Of a DNA stretch of 64,000 bases, positions 8,794 to 19,525 are shown piece by piece (the stretch's first letter is position 1; every line of letters starts with the position of its first letter). The notes below the pieces were generated by a model. That model saw only the letters and a program-made list of their open reading frames with translations, had not been told where the DNA came from and did no database searches. The stretch covers positions 13,608 to 77,607 of the forward strand of contig CAJXDN010000002.1 in assembly GCA_913052485.1 (NCBI GenBank), in the 5' to 3' direction. This DNA comes from an uncultured Flammeovirgaceae bacterium. GTDB taxonomy: Bacteria; Bacteroidota; Bacteroidia; Cytophagales; MED-G16. Made by a program: the position numbers and the translations under genes.

Positions 8794-11424
8794 TTAATTG
8801 TTCAAAGCCTTAGCAAAATAGATTTTCCCTTCTTCTCTAACCTTTGATAACCCATCTAAAAAATTTCCACCTGCTGTTGAAAGGAAATTTTGACCACCGC
8901 CTGATCCCTTAATTTTTTCAGATAAATTTTTAATAATATTTCTCGCGTCAAGATTAGACTCATTAGTTAAATTTTTAGATATTAATAAAACAATATAGGG
9001 TTTTGACTCAGTCTCAACTGTAGCTAAAAAAACTAAATTTTTTAATTCTCTGTCTAGCTCAAAAGCAATTTGCTTTACAAAATCAATACCTTCCTCTTTG
9101 AAATGATCTATGATAAGACTTTTGTCTTTGATCTTATTTAAATTATTAATTAGTTTTTCTTTATATGTTTTCTTTCTAATTAAATCCATTTTACCTAACC
9201 TATCCTCAAGAGATTTATTTTTGTTAATCAGGTTTTTAATAGAGTCCAAAATATTATTGGTTTTAAGTAGGTCCTTTATAAATTTTAAGCTAGATGATTC
9301 ATTATCAGAAAAATTTAATAATTCTAAAGATGTTAAAGCTTCTACTCTTCTCACACCTGATGATATTGAACTTTCAGAAATTATTTTAAATAATCCTATC
9401 TCTGATGTTGTGCTTACATGCGTACCTCCACATAGTTCAACTGAGAATTTGTTATCAATTGTAACAACTCTGACTTTATCACCATACTTTTCTCCAAACA
9501 GAGCTGTAGCTCCCATTTTTTTTGCTTTTACAATAGGGACATTTTCTAATATCTCAATATCAATATTTTGAAAAATTTTATTATTAACTATCTCATTTAT
9601 ATTTTTTAATTCGTTGGCTGAAAGCTTTGAGAAATGAGAAAAATCAAATCTCAATATATTATCATTAACAAGTGAGCCCTTCTGGACAACGTGATCACCT
9701 AAAATTTCTCTAAGTGCTGAATGTAAGAGATGTGTGGCAGTATGATTTTTTGATATAAGTTTTCTTCTAAATACATTAATTTTTGCAGTGAAAGTATCAC
9801 TTAAATTATCCGGTAATTTATCAACTAAATGTATTATGAGATCATTCTCCTTAAAAGTATTTAAAACATTTACCTGGCTATTTTCTCCCTTTAATTTTCC
9901 GATATCTCCTACTTGTCCACCAGATTCAGGATAAAAAGGTGTTTTATCCAGAACTACATGAAATTTAGTTTTATTATCAATTTTAACTTCTCTATATTTT
10001 AAAATTTTTGATTCAGAAATTAAGGAACTGTAACCAATAAACTTTGAATGATTATTATCAATTAAATTGACCCAATCATCGGAATAACTCTGAGAACTAC
10101 TTCTAGATCTGTCTCTTTGCTTGTTAAGTAATTTATTAAAATCAGACTTATTTAATATTAAATTATTTTCCCTAGCTATTAATTCTGTCAAATCGTAAGG
10201 AAAACCATAGGTGTCGTACAACTCAAAAACTAACTCTCCCGGAATCTCATCATTATCTTTTAAATTGGTTTTAATATCATTAATTTTTTTTAATCCTTTC
10301 TCGAGGGTTTTTAGAAATGTTTTCTCTTCCTCTAAAATAACTTTTAAAATAAAACTTTCTTGATCTTCCAGATTTTCGAATATGTCTTTATAGTCGCTAA
10401 TTACTGATTTAGCAAGGACATGAAGAAATGGTGACTTCAGTTCTAAAGATGAAAAACCATATCGAACTGCTCTCCTTAAAATTCTTCTTACTACATAGCC
10501 AGACTTATTATTTGAGGGTATTACTCCGTCAGATATTGTAAAAACAATTGCTCTTATGTGGTCAGATATAACCCTTAAAGCAATATCTTTTTTTTCATTA
10601 TCACCATAGTTAATTTTAGAGATTTTGGATAGAGAAGAAATAATATTCATAAACAAATCAGTGTCATAGGTGGATTTTAAGCCATCTATTGCCATCGATA
10701 ACCTTTCAAGTCCCATTCCGGTGTCTACATGTTTATTAGGAAGAGGCTCTAAAGAACCATTTTTTTTCCTATTGAATTCAATAAATACTAGGTTCCATAT
10801 CTCTATCACCTCAGGGTGGTCTTTGTTTATAAGATCTTTTGTAGGTGTCTTTACCATTTCTTCTGATGATCTGAGGTCAATATGAATTTCAGAGCATGGA
10901 CCACAGGGTCCCACATCACCCATTTCCCAGAAATTATCACTTTTTGACCCATCTATAATTTTAGAGTGATCAACGATTTTATTCCATAATTTTGCTGCTT
11001 CATCGTCTCTATCCAAATTATCTTTACTGTCTCCACCAAATACAGTAACAAATAATCTTTTTTCATCAAGTTTATAATGATTTACTAATATGTCCCAAGC
11101 CCACTCAATTGCATCTTTTTTGAAATAATCTCCAAACGACCAGTTACCTAACATCTCAAACATAGTATGATGATATTTATCAATACCAACCTCCTCTAGG
11201 TCATTATGTTTTCCACTTACTCTAAGACATTTTTGAGTATTAGCTATTCTGACTGTAGATGGTGATTCATTTCCTAAAAAAATATTTTTAAACTGATTCA
11301 TACCGGCATTGGTAAACATCAAAGTTGGGTCATCATTAACTGTAATTGGAGCAGACTGGATAATCTTATGATTTTTACTTTTAAAGTAATCAAAAAATAT
11401 ATTTCTTATTTTTTTAGAGTTCAT
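8794..11424 (-). CDS. alaS: Alanine--tRNA ligase
   Basis: FTNAGMNQFK, HHTMFEMLGNWSFGDYFK, DTGMGLER, editing-domain HTATH and ELCGGTH. Confidence 0.98.
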   Translation of the reverse strand: MNSKKIRNIFFDYFKSKNHKIIQSAPITVNDDPTLMFTNAGMNQFKNIFLGNESPSTVRIANTQKCLRVSGKHNDLEEVGIDKYHHTMFEMLGNWSFGDYFKKDAIEWAWDILVNHYKLDEKRLFVTVFGGDSKDNLDRDDEAAKLWNKIVDHSKIIDGSKSDNFWEMGDVGPCGPCSEIHIDLRSSEEMVKTPTKDLINKDHPEVIEIWNLVFIEFNRKKNGSLEPLPNKHVDTGMGLERLSMAIDGLKSTYDTDLFMNIISSLSKISKINYGDNEKKDIALRVISDHIRAIVFTISDGVIPSNNKSGYVVRRILRRAVRYGFSSLELKSPFLHVLAKSVISDYKDIFENLEDQESFILKVILEEEKTFLKTLEKGLKKINDIKTNLKDNDEIPGELVFELYDTYGFPYDLTELIARENNLILNKSDFNKLLNKQRDRSRSSSQSYSDDWVNLIDNNHSKFIGYSSLISESKILKYREVKIDNKTKFHVVLDKTPFYPESGGQVGDIGKLKGENSQVNVLNTFKENDLIIHLVDKLPDNLSDTFTAKINVFRRKLISKNHTATHLLHSALREILGDHVVQKGSLVNDNILRFDFSHFSKLSANELKNINEIVNNKIFQNIDIEILENVPIVKAKKMGATALFGEKYGDKVRVVTIDNKFSVELCGGTHVSTTSEIGLFKIISESSISSGVRRVEALTSLELLNFSDNESSSLKFIKDLLKTNNILDSIKNLINKNKSLEDRLGKMDLIRKKTYKEKLINNLNKIKDKSLIIDHFKEEGIDFVKQIAFELDRELKNLVFLATVETESKPYIVLLISKNLTNESNLDARNIIKNLSEKIKGSGGGQNFLSTAGGNFLDGLSKVREEGKIYFAKALNN

Positions 11425-11449
11425 TTAAACTAAAATCGATGAATATTTT

Positions 11450-11477
11450 TATTTTTGTATAACTTAAAACAAAATTA
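11450..11477. promoter_or_regulatory. Face-to-face divergent -7 elements (TATTTTTG on + at 11450-11457; TAATTTTG on - at 11470-11477)
   Basis: Two TAnnTTTG matches between alaS and the M23 gene. Confidence 0.55.
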
Positions 11478-11494
11478 GACTATTTTATCTAATT

Positions 11495-12481
11495 ATGAGT
11501 AAACACAAATACTATTATAATCCTGACACGTGTAGGTACGAGAAGATAAGGAAGACCAATAAAGATATATTGCTTAATACATTTGCGTTTATATCAATTG
11601 TTTTATTTTCTAGTTTCATATTAGTAAATATCTACGATCGATACTTTGAATCACCTAAGATAATTCAACTAAAGAAAGAAAACCAAGAGCTTCAAACACA
11701 CTATGAAATTTTAAATAAGGAGGTAAATGTTGCATATAAGATGCTGAATAATCTAGAGGAAAGAGATGACAACGTCTACAGAATTATATTTGAAGCAGAA
11801 CCAATTCCTGGTACAATTAGACAGGCCGGTATTGGTGGTATCAACAGATACAAAGAACTAGTAGACGGAAATCTTGAGAGAGATGATTTAATTATTGATA
11901 ACTACGCTAAAATAGATGAACTCAAAAGGAAACTCTATATTCAAACTAAATCATATGATGAGTTATTAGATATGGCTAATAACAAGGAGGAGTTAGTAGC
12001 ATCAATCCCAGCAATTCAGCCAGTATCAAACAAGGACCTGAAAAGGTTAGCCTCTGGTTATGGGACGAGGATAGATCCTTTTTTGAAGGTGAAGAGAATG
12101 CACTATGGTCTCGACTTCTCAGTAAAAAAAGGAACACCAATTTATGCCACAGCTGACGGGAAAGTTATGATTGTAAAATCTTCTTTCGGTGGTTTTGGAA
12201 AACATATTTACCTTAATCATGGTAACGGATATAGAACGGTTTATGCTCACCTAGATAAATTTAATGTAAGAAAAAATCAGAAAGTTAAGAGAGGTGAATT
12301 AATTGCCTATAGTGGTAACTCTGGGAGATCTACAGCGCCACACCTCCATTACGAGGTTCATAAAAATGGTAAGAAAATCAATCCAATAAATTTCTTCTTT
12401 AATGATCTTACACCCAATCAATATGAGGAAGTTATCAAGCTCGCCTCAGTTGAAAATCAAGCACTTGGATCAACATTTTAG
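11495..12481 (+). CDS. M23-family metallopeptidase
   Basis: N-terminal TM, coiled coil, HYGLD, YAHL and PHLHYEV zinc motifs. Confidence 0.92.
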   Translation: MSKHKYYYNPDTCRYEKIRKTNKDILLNTFAFISIVLFSSFILVNIYDRYFESPKIIQLKKENQELQTHYEILNKEVNVAYKMLNNLEERDDNVYRIIFEAEPIPGTIRQAGIGGINRYKELVDGNLERDDLIIDNYAKIDELKRKLYIQTKSYDELLDMANNKEELVASIPAIQPVSNKDLKRLASGYGTRIDPFLKVKRMHYGLDFSVKKGTPIYATADGKVMIVKSSFGGFGKHIYLNHGNGYRTVYAHLDKFNVRKNQKVKRGELIAYSGNSGRSTAPHLHYEVHKNGKKINPINFFFNDLTPNQYEEVIKLASVENQALGSTF

Positions 12482-12483
12482 AT

Positions 12484-12813
12484 ATGCCCTATAAAGAGAA
12501 GGAAATAATTAAAAAATATTTCAGTATAGGAGAGGTTGCTAATAAATTAAATGTAAATACTTCTCAAATCAGGTTTTGGGAAAAAGAATTTGAAATTTTA
12601 AACCCAAAAAAAAATAAAAGCGGTTCTAGAAAATATACAGCTAAAGATATTGAGATAATTGAAAAAATATATAGGTTATTAAAAGACGATAAATTCACAA
12701 TTGATGGTGCTCGTAAAGAAATAATCAAAAAAAATTATAAATCAGAAACTGATATCATTATTCATCTAAGAAAAATCAAAGAAAAGCTAATAAGTTTGAA
12801 GGAGAAGCTTTAA
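12484..12813 (+). CDS. MerR-family transcriptional regulator
   Basis: FSIGEVA...IRFWEKEF...GSRKY; the alaS/M23/MerR grouping is usual in Bacteroidota. Confidence 0.9.
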   Translation: MPYKEKEIIKKYFSIGEVANKLNVNTSQIRFWEKEFEILNPKKNKSGSRKYTAKDIEIIEKIYRLLKDDKFTIDGARKEIIKKNYKSETDIIIHLRKIKEKLISLKEKL

Positions 12814-12815
12814 TG

Positions 12816-13868
12816 CTATAATCCTAATATTTTTTTTATTCCCTTCTCATCAGAACCAGAATCTGCAAAGTCATCAAAAGACTTCTCCGTTACCTGGATA
12901 ATATGATCTTTAATAAATTTAGCTCCTTCAACCGCACCCTGTTCATTACTCTTAATACAACATTCCCATTCCAGGACGGCCCAGCCATCGAAACCATATT
13001 GAGTGAGTTTAGAAAAAATTGATTTAAAATCGATCTGCCCATCCCCAAGAGACCTAAATCTTCCTGGCCTATCAACCCAATCAGCATAACCACCGTACAC
13101 ACCCGCTCTTCCATCAGGATTAAACTCTGCATCTTTGACATGAAACATTTTTATATAATCATGATAAATATCAATATTTTTAATGTAATCCATTTGTTGT
13201 AGGATATAGTGGCTCGGATCATATAGCATTTTTACTCTTGAATGATTTTTTGTAGCAGATAAGAATCTTTCAAAAGTTATACCATCATGTAAATCTTCAC
13301 CTGGATGAATTTCATAACACAAATCAACCCCATTTCTATCAAATTCATCTAATATTGGAATCCATCTTTTGGCTAGCTCATTAAATCCAGTAGAAACTAA
13401 TCCCGCAGGTCTTTGTGGCCATGGATATACATATGGCCATATTAGTGCACCAGAGAATGTTACATGAGCTGATAGTCCTAAGTTTTTACTTGCTTTTGCT
13501 GCCAACATAAGTTGATCTACAGCCCAATCTGTACGACTTTTGGGGTTATTTCTTAATTCTTTTGGGGCGAAACCATCAAACATAGTGTCATAGGAGGGAT
13601 TTACGGCAACTAACTGACCCTGTAAGTGGGTACTAAGCTCTGTTATCTTAACTCCACAACCTTCAACCATCAACTTGTACTCATTTGCGTATGCACTATC
13701 TTCAGCAACTTTTTTTAAATTAATGCATCTTTTATCCCAAGTTGGGATCTGAACTCCTTTATATCCTAAACTTGATGCCCACATACATATTGACTCGATA
13801 TCATTAAATGGAACTTTATCGTCCATAAACTGAGCTAAAAAAATTGCCGGTCCTTTTATTGTTTTCAT
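12816..13868 (-). CDS. Sugar phosphate isomerase/epimerase (xylose-isomerase-like TIM barrel)
   Basis: MKTIKGPAIFLAQF start (ATG 13868), metal ligands in YEIHP, YDPSH, FHVKD and VLEWE. Confidence 0.85.
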   Translation of the reverse strand: MKTIKGPAIFLAQFMDDKVPFNDIESICMWASSLGYKGVQIPTWDKRCINLKKVAEDSAYANEYKLMVEGCGVKITELSTHLQGQLVAVNPSYDTMFDGFAPKELRNNPKSRTDWAVDQLMLAAKASKNLGLSAHVTFSGALIWPYVYPWPQRPAGLVSTGFNELAKRWIPILDEFDRNGVDLCYEIHPGEDLHDGITFERFLSATKNHSRVKMLYDPSHYILQQMDYIKNIDIYHDYIKMFHVKDAEFNPDGRAGVYGGYADWVDRPGRFRSLGDGQIDFKSIFSKLTQYGFDGWAVLEWECCIKSNEQGAVEGAKFIKDHIIQVTEKSFDDFADSGSDEKGIKKILGL

Positions 13869-13869
13869 A

Positions 13870-15018
13870 TTATACATTAATCCATTTAGATGATTTAGAT
13901 GATTCAATTACTGCATCAATAAATTTCATTCCTCTATATCCATCTTCAACAGTTGGGAAATCGAATATTGGATCATGTTCTATTGAATTTTTATAGTTAT
14001 TTACTGCGTATGAGAAATTTCTATAAATATTAGCAAATGCTTCTATAAATCCCTCTGGATGTCCCGAAGGAGTTCTACAATGAGATAACGCAAACTCGGA
14101 GAGATAGGAGTTATCAACTCCAGCTCTTAATATCTGATTTGGTTTTCCATTAAGTTTATGTATTAAAGTATTTGGTTTTGAATGTTTCCATTCGATACCT
14201 CCTAATTCTCCCCAAACTCGTACCTTTAAATCATTTTCCTCTCCAGTTGCAATTTGACTAGTCATCAAATTACCTTCTATATTGTCCTCTAAGGATATTA
14301 GTACGTTACCATCATCTTCAAGCAGCCGACCTTCAACAACTGTATTAACTTTCGCAAACAGCTTAATTATTTTTTTTCCTGTTATATATTCAACCATATT
14401 TGCTGCATGTGTCCCGATATCTCCCATACTTCCAGCTTTACCTGACTTGCTTGGGTCCGTTCTCCATGAAGCCTGTTTATTATCAGTATTTTCTAAGCTA
14501 GTAGTTAACCAACCCTGAGGATACTCTACAGCAACCTTTCTTATCGTACCTAACTTACCCGATTTAATTATGTTTTTAGCTTCTTTTATCATTGGATAAC
14601 CAGTGTATGTGTGAGTGACGGCAAAAGGTAACTTGGTTTGGTTTACTTTTTCTACTAATTTTTTTGCCTGATTCGAGTCAAAGGTTAAGGGTTTATCAAT
14701 AATTACTGGGAAACCATTGTCTAGAGATTTAATAGCGGGATCATAATGAAGATGGTTTGGAGTTACAATTGAAACAATATCCATTCGCTGATCTTCACTT
14801 TTAGATGACTCTTTACTTATCATTTCATCGTAAGTTTTATATACTCTATTCTTTTCCAGGTATAAGTTCTCTCCAGTTTCTAAAGAATTTTGAAAATCTG
14901 AGCTAAATGAACCACAAACTAAATCTATACAATTGTCTAGTAGAGCTGCATTTCTATGAATGGCCCCAATGAATGAGCCTAATCCGCCTCCTATCATACC
15001 CATTTTTAGTTTTTTCAT
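13870..15018 (-). CDS. Gfo/Idh/MocA-family NAD(P)-dependent oxidoreductase
   Basis: GMIGGG, TPNHLH, DKP and GDIGTH motifs. Confidence 0.9.
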   Translation of the reverse strand: MKKLKMGMIGGGLGSFIGAIHRNAALLDNCIDLVCGSFSSDFQNSLETGENLYLEKNRVYKTYDEMISKESSKSEDQRMDIVSIVTPNHLHYDPAIKSLDNGFPVIIDKPLTFDSNQAKKLVEKVNQTKLPFAVTHTYTGYPMIKEAKNIIKSGKLGTIRKVAVEYPQGWLTTSLENTDNKQASWRTDPSKSGKAGSMGDIGTHAANMVEYITGKKIIKLFAKVNTVVEGRLLEDDGNVLISLEDNIEGNLMTSQIATGEENDLKVRVWGELGGIEWKHSKPNTLIHKLNGKPNQILRAGVDNSYLSEFALSHCRTPSGHPEGFIEAFANIYRNFSYAVNNYKNSIEHDPIFDFPTVEDGYRGMKFIDAVIESSKSSKWINV

Positions 15019-15058
15019 ATCAGAAATATATAATATTATTTTAAATGATAATATCTAT

Positions 15059-17155
15059 TTATAAAATAATTGAACCCTCTAAATTATTTTTCTTCAGGTT
15101 ATAAAACTCTTTAAATAAATCAAACTTTTCACCAGACATTAACTCTTTTTTAACATAATTACCATCCTCTTTTAGTATGTATGAATTACAGTTATCTCTC
15201 AAATTATAGTTTAAGATAGTAATAGCCTGTTTTTTAATAAAATCCTCATTTATTTTGAACAAAGATTCAATTCTCCTCTTAAAGCTTCTTATCATAACAT
15301 CAGCGCTCCCAGAGTAGATTATTGAATCCCCAGAATTATGAAAATAGTATATCCTGCTATGTTCTAAGTAATCACCAACAACTGATATAACTTCAATATT
15401 TTCACTTAAATTTTTTCTTCCAGGACGTAGACAGCAAATCCCCCGAACAATTAAACAGATTTTAACTCCACTATTACTGGCTTCATATAATTTATTTATA
15501 ACCTTCTTATCTTGAAGCGAATTAATTTTAATACAAATTTTTGAATCAATTCCAGATTTAGAATTCGATATCTCTTTTTCAATCATATCCAAAATTTTAT
15601 CTCGCATATATATTGGAGCTGTTATTAAATTCTCGTAATCTTCAGGTACTGAATGCCCAGTGATTACATTGAAAAATTCTAAAGCATCTTTGGTGTAATT
15701 CTGGTCAGAGGTCATTAAACTCAAGTCAGTATATAACCTTGACGTTGTCTCATTATAATTTCCTGTGCCCATATGTGCATAATTCTTTACTTTTTTCCCT
15801 TCTCTTCTTACAATTAACAAGAGCTTGGTATGAGTTTTTAATGAGCCAATACCATATATAACATAGCAGCCTGCCCTCTCTAATTGATATCCATTTTTTA
15901 AATTATTTTCTTCATCAAATCTTGCTTTTACCTCAAACAAGACCGATACATGTTTTCCATTTTCTGCAGCTTTTAGTAGGGCGTCTATTACCCGTGAATT
16001 CTTTGCAGTCCTGTATAGAGTAATTTTAATTGATAAAACATTAGGATCCTCTGCAGCCTCGTTTAGTAGACGAATAATAGGATCAAATGAATTATATGGA
16101 TGATGTAGAAATATATCTTTTTCTGATAGAATTTCAAAAATATTTTTATTACTGGATCCTTCCATATCAAAAGACTGAATAGGATTTGGATACTCAAAAA
16201 AAGAATCAGAGAACTCTTCAAACTCATAAATTTGTCTTAAAGAAGTAAAATCTATTATAGAATTAACAGGTAACTGCATAATATTATACTCATCAAGTTT
16301 GAATCTTTCTTTTAGAGATTTCAGAAGATAGTCATCGAATGAATTACTAACTTCTAATCTTACCACTCTACTAAATTTTCTATCCTTTAATTTTTGTTTT
16401 AATTCCTCTAAAAAGTTAATTTCAATATCTTCCGATTCCTCCAAGGTGAAATCCCCATTTCTTATGATTCTAAATAGACTTACACTTTCAATTGTTATAC
16501 TTCTGAAAAATTTAGAAATGTATTTCGATATAATTTTTTCGATAGGGATAAAAAATATTTTATTTTGAATTTTATATTCGAAAAACCTAGGAAGATTAAT
16601 TGGTACTTGGATAAAGGAAATCTTTTTTTTATTTGATGAGGCTTTATTTTTAGTAACAACTCCAAATATTATAACCTTGTTCATTAGGATTGGGAATGAA
16701 TGGAGGTCATCAAATACCATTGGTGTAAGCATCGGGAAGATTGTCTTCTTAAAATATTTTTTTATCCTCTTTTTACCTTCCTCATCTAAATCATTAACCT
16801 CACCTATTATTATATCTTGTTTTTTTAAAATTGATATAACTTCTTCGGAGAAACATCTATTATAATCATTAAAAAAAGTTTTTGACTGGTCAAGAAGATA
16901 CTCTCTAAATGGTTTTTCTCTCATCCCAGAGTAATCAATTCTAGTTTTATTATTATCAATATAATTATATAAGCTACCAACTCTAATTTCAAAAAATTCA
17001 TCAAAATTTGAGGCAACTATTGATAGAAATTTTAACTTATCTAAGACACCTCTAGATTTACTTCTTACCTGATCTAAAACTCTGTAATTAAAATTGATCC
17101 AACTTAAGTCCCTACTAATTAGATTACTATCATTAATCGATTTGGAATTCATCAA
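15059..17155 (-). CDS. ppk1: Polyphosphate kinase 1
   Basis: RDLSWINFNYRV, HHPY, KARFDEENN, KTHTK, GTGNYN, LEHSR. Confidence 0.96.
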   Translation of the reverse strand: MMNSKSINDSNLISRDLSWINFNYRVLDQVRSKSRGVLDKLKFLSIVASNFDEFFEIRVGSLYNYIDNNKTRIDYSGMREKPFREYLLDQSKTFFNDYNRCFSEEVISILKKQDIIIGEVNDLDEEGKKRIKKYFKKTIFPMLTPMVFDDLHSFPILMNKVIIFGVVTKNKASSNKKKISFIQVPINLPRFFEYKIQNKIFFIPIEKIISKYISKFFRSITIESVSLFRIIRNGDFTLEESEDIEINFLEELKQKLKDRKFSRVVRLEVSNSFDDYLLKSLKERFKLDEYNIMQLPVNSIIDFTSLRQIYEFEEFSDSFFEYPNPIQSFDMEGSSNKNIFEILSEKDIFLHHPYNSFDPIIRLLNEAAEDPNVLSIKITLYRTAKNSRVIDALLKAAENGKHVSVLFEVKARFDEENNLKNGYQLERAGCYVIYGIGSLKTHTKLLLIVRREGKKVKNYAHMGTGNYNETTSRLYTDLSLMTSDQNYTKDALEFFNVITGHSVPEDYENLITAPIYMRDKILDMIEKEISNSKSGIDSKICIKINSLQDKKVINKLYEASNSGVKICLIVRGICCLRPGRKNLSENIEVISVVGDYLEHSRIYYFHNSGDSIIYSGSADVMIRSFKRRIESLFKINEDFIKKQAITILNYNLRDNCNSYILKEDGNYVKKELMSGEKFDLFKEFYNLKKNNLEGSIIL

Positions 17156-18078
17156 AGATTTTCAAGAACTGACATTACCTCTTTAACATGAGATCTAGAC
17201 TCTTCAAGTAATGTAATCTCATCTGAATTTAAATCTAGCTCTATTACTTTCTCAATACCGTTAGATCCAAGAATAACAGGGACTCCTAAATAGCAATCAT
17301 CAATATTATACTCACCCTCTAATTTCACACAAACTGGGAAGATTCTTTTTTGATTTTTAACAATTGACTCGACCATCTGAGCTGCAGCAGCACCGGGTGC
17401 ATACCAAGCCGAAGTTCCCATAAGCTTCACAAGTTCTCCGCCCCCAAACTTCGTCCTCTCAATTATTTCGTATAGTTTTTTATCATTAATAAGTTCAGTG
17501 ACAGGTATTCCTGAGACTGTTGTATATCTTGGTAGAGGTACCATTGTGTCTCCATGGCCTCCCAAAAGTACTGCCTGAATATCTTTTGGTGATATGTTGA
17601 GTTCACCAGCTATAAAAGCTCTATATCTTGCGGTATCCAATATTCCTGCCATACCCATCACCCTATTTCTATCAAAATTAGAGGTTATATGAGCTTGGTA
17701 TGTCATAACATCTAGTGGATTTGAAACTATAATTATAATAGAATTTGGTGAATGCTTGATAATGTTCTTAGTAACAGACTCTACTATTTTAGCATTTGTA
17801 CCTATTAAATCATCTCTTGACATTCCAGGCTTCCTAGGTAATCCTGATGTAATTACTACGACATCTGAATTTTCTGTAAGTGTATAATCATTAGTAGACC
17901 CTACAGTTCTAGTATCATATAAATTAATTGGTGATTTCTGAAAAATATCAAGTGCTTTACCTTCGGATAATCCTTCTTTTATGTCAACCAAGACTACATC
18001 ATTACAAACTTCTCTTTGAGCTAAGACGTCAGCACAAGTTGCACCAACATTTCCTGCTCCAACTACTGTTACTTTCAT
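17152..18078 (-). CDS. mdh: Malate dehydrogenase
   Basis: GAGNVG, PRKPGMSRDDL (MDH-specific Arg), LDTAR, GGHGD. Confidence 0.95.
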   Translation of the reverse strand: MKVTVVGAGNVGATCADVLAQREVCNDVVLVDIKEGLSEGKALDIFQKSPINLYDTRTVGSTNDYTLTENSDVVVITSGLPRKPGMSRDDLIGTNAKIVESVTKNIIKHSPNSIIIIVSNPLDVMTYQAHITSNFDRNRVMGMAGILDTARYRAFIAGELNISPKDIQAVLLGGHGDTMVPLPRYTTVSGIPVTELINDKKLYEIIERTKFGGGELVKLMGTSAWYAPGAAAAQMVESIVKNQKRIFPVCVKLEGEYNIDDCYLGVPVILGSNGIEKVIELDLNSDEITLLEESRSHVKEVMSVLENL

Positions 18079-18129
18079 TTTTTTTTTTTTGTAAAATTAG
18101 ATAATGAGAGAGAAAGTTTTAATTTAAAA

Positions 18130-19458
18130 TTAAATTATTTCAAACTCTAAAATATTTTGAGTATTTGTATTAATTTTTATTTTATCGTTAATTTGTTGTC
18201 CAACCAACCAAATAACAGTCCCACCTGCATCAACAACAACAAGTTGATCCATTTTATCTACAAAAGACACTTTATTATCAGATAAAAAACTGGAAATTTT
18301 TTTGGTATTTTTCATACCTAGAGGTTGGAACTTTTCTCCTTTTTTATAATTTCTAATCACAACTGGAAAACAAACTTTATCATAATCACATTGAGCATTA
18401 TTTTTATTTCTATTTATTGGAGATAGTTTGTTCGAGTACTTTTTAACCTCGATTTTTTTTGATCCAACATTAACAATACCTATTCCTTTAATTTCAACTT
18501 TCTCTTTCTTAAATATCTTTTCTCTAAAAATATAGAATGATTTTCTATCATTGATCAGAACATATTTGTCAGAAAAAAACTTACTATTATTTCTTTTACT
18601 TAATGCTAAAATTATAAGAGATATTTGATCATAATTAAACCCATAATCTGATAAATAGTCATTTATAATCACAGACATATCATCCTCTTTCTCTAAAAAA
18701 CTTTTATCTATCTCAATAAAATTTTTCCTGGTAGTAACGTAATTAAAAATAAACTTTTTCTTATGTTCATTGATAAATTTTTGAATATTTCCTAACCTTT
18801 CAACTGATTTCCTAATCGAATCCTTGAAGGACGGATTAATTTCAGAAAAAATTGGAATTATTTTATTTCTTATTTTATTTCTTAAATATTTATTCTCACC
18901 ATTTGTATAATCCTCTCTCCAATCCAATTTATTTAATTTAGCATAACCTCTGATATCATCCTTGTCAATCTTGAGTAATGGCCTAAAAATATTGTTTGAT
19001 GATTTAGGTATACCTACTAAACCTTTATATCCTGTAGTTTTTAGAAAATTATATAAAATTGTTTCGACATTATCATCACTGTGGTGTGCTGTCACAATAT
19101 AATTATATCCAGCATTTAGATAACCTTTAAACCACGTATATCTTAGATCTCTTGATGACATTTGAATTGAAATTTTATTTTTTTTAGAGTACTCTAAAAC
19201 ATTGAAATCCTCGGAATAGAATTTTATTTTATTTTTTTGACAATATGATTTAACAAAATTTACATCTTCATTCGAATCTTTGCCTCTCAACTGAAAATTA
19301 CAAGTTGAAACCGAGAAATTTAACTTAAACTTTAGAAAAAGATTAAGTAAAACCATGGAGTCTATACCACCACTAACCGCAAGCAAATATTTATTATCAA
19401 ATAACTCTATTCTACTTTCCTCGAAAGAGGACAAGAAAACTTTTTCTATCTTTTTCAT
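18130..19458 (-). CDS. tilS: tRNA(Ile)-lysidine synthetase
   Basis: PP-loop AVSGGIDS, TAHHSDD, RPLL, RNKIR and a C-terminal TilS domain. Confidence 0.93.
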   Translation of the reverse strand: MKKIEKVFLSSFEESRIELFDNKYLLAVSGGIDSMVLLNLFLKFKLNFSVSTCNFQLRGKDSNEDVNFVKSYCQKNKIKFYSEDFNVLEYSKKNKISIQMSSRDLRYTWFKGYLNAGYNYIVTAHHSDDNVETILYNFLKTTGYKGLVGIPKSSNNIFRPLLKIDKDDIRGYAKLNKLDWREDYTNGENKYLRNKIRNKIIPIFSEINPSFKDSIRKSVERLGNIQKFINEHKKKFIFNYVTTRKNFIEIDKSFLEKEDDMSVIINDYLSDYGFNYDQISLIILALSKRNNSKFFSDKYVLINDRKSFYIFREKIFKKEKVEIKGIGIVNVGSKKIEVKKYSNKLSPINRNKNNAQCDYDKVCFPVVIRNYKKGEKFQPLGMKNTKKISSFLSDNKVSFVDKMDQLVVVDAGGTVIWLVGQQINDKIKINTNTQNILEFEII

Positions 19459-19525
19459 TATTAATTGTAAAAATAAGAATTTGAAATTTGCAAAATAAAT
19501 TTAATTATCTATCTATTTTTACAAA

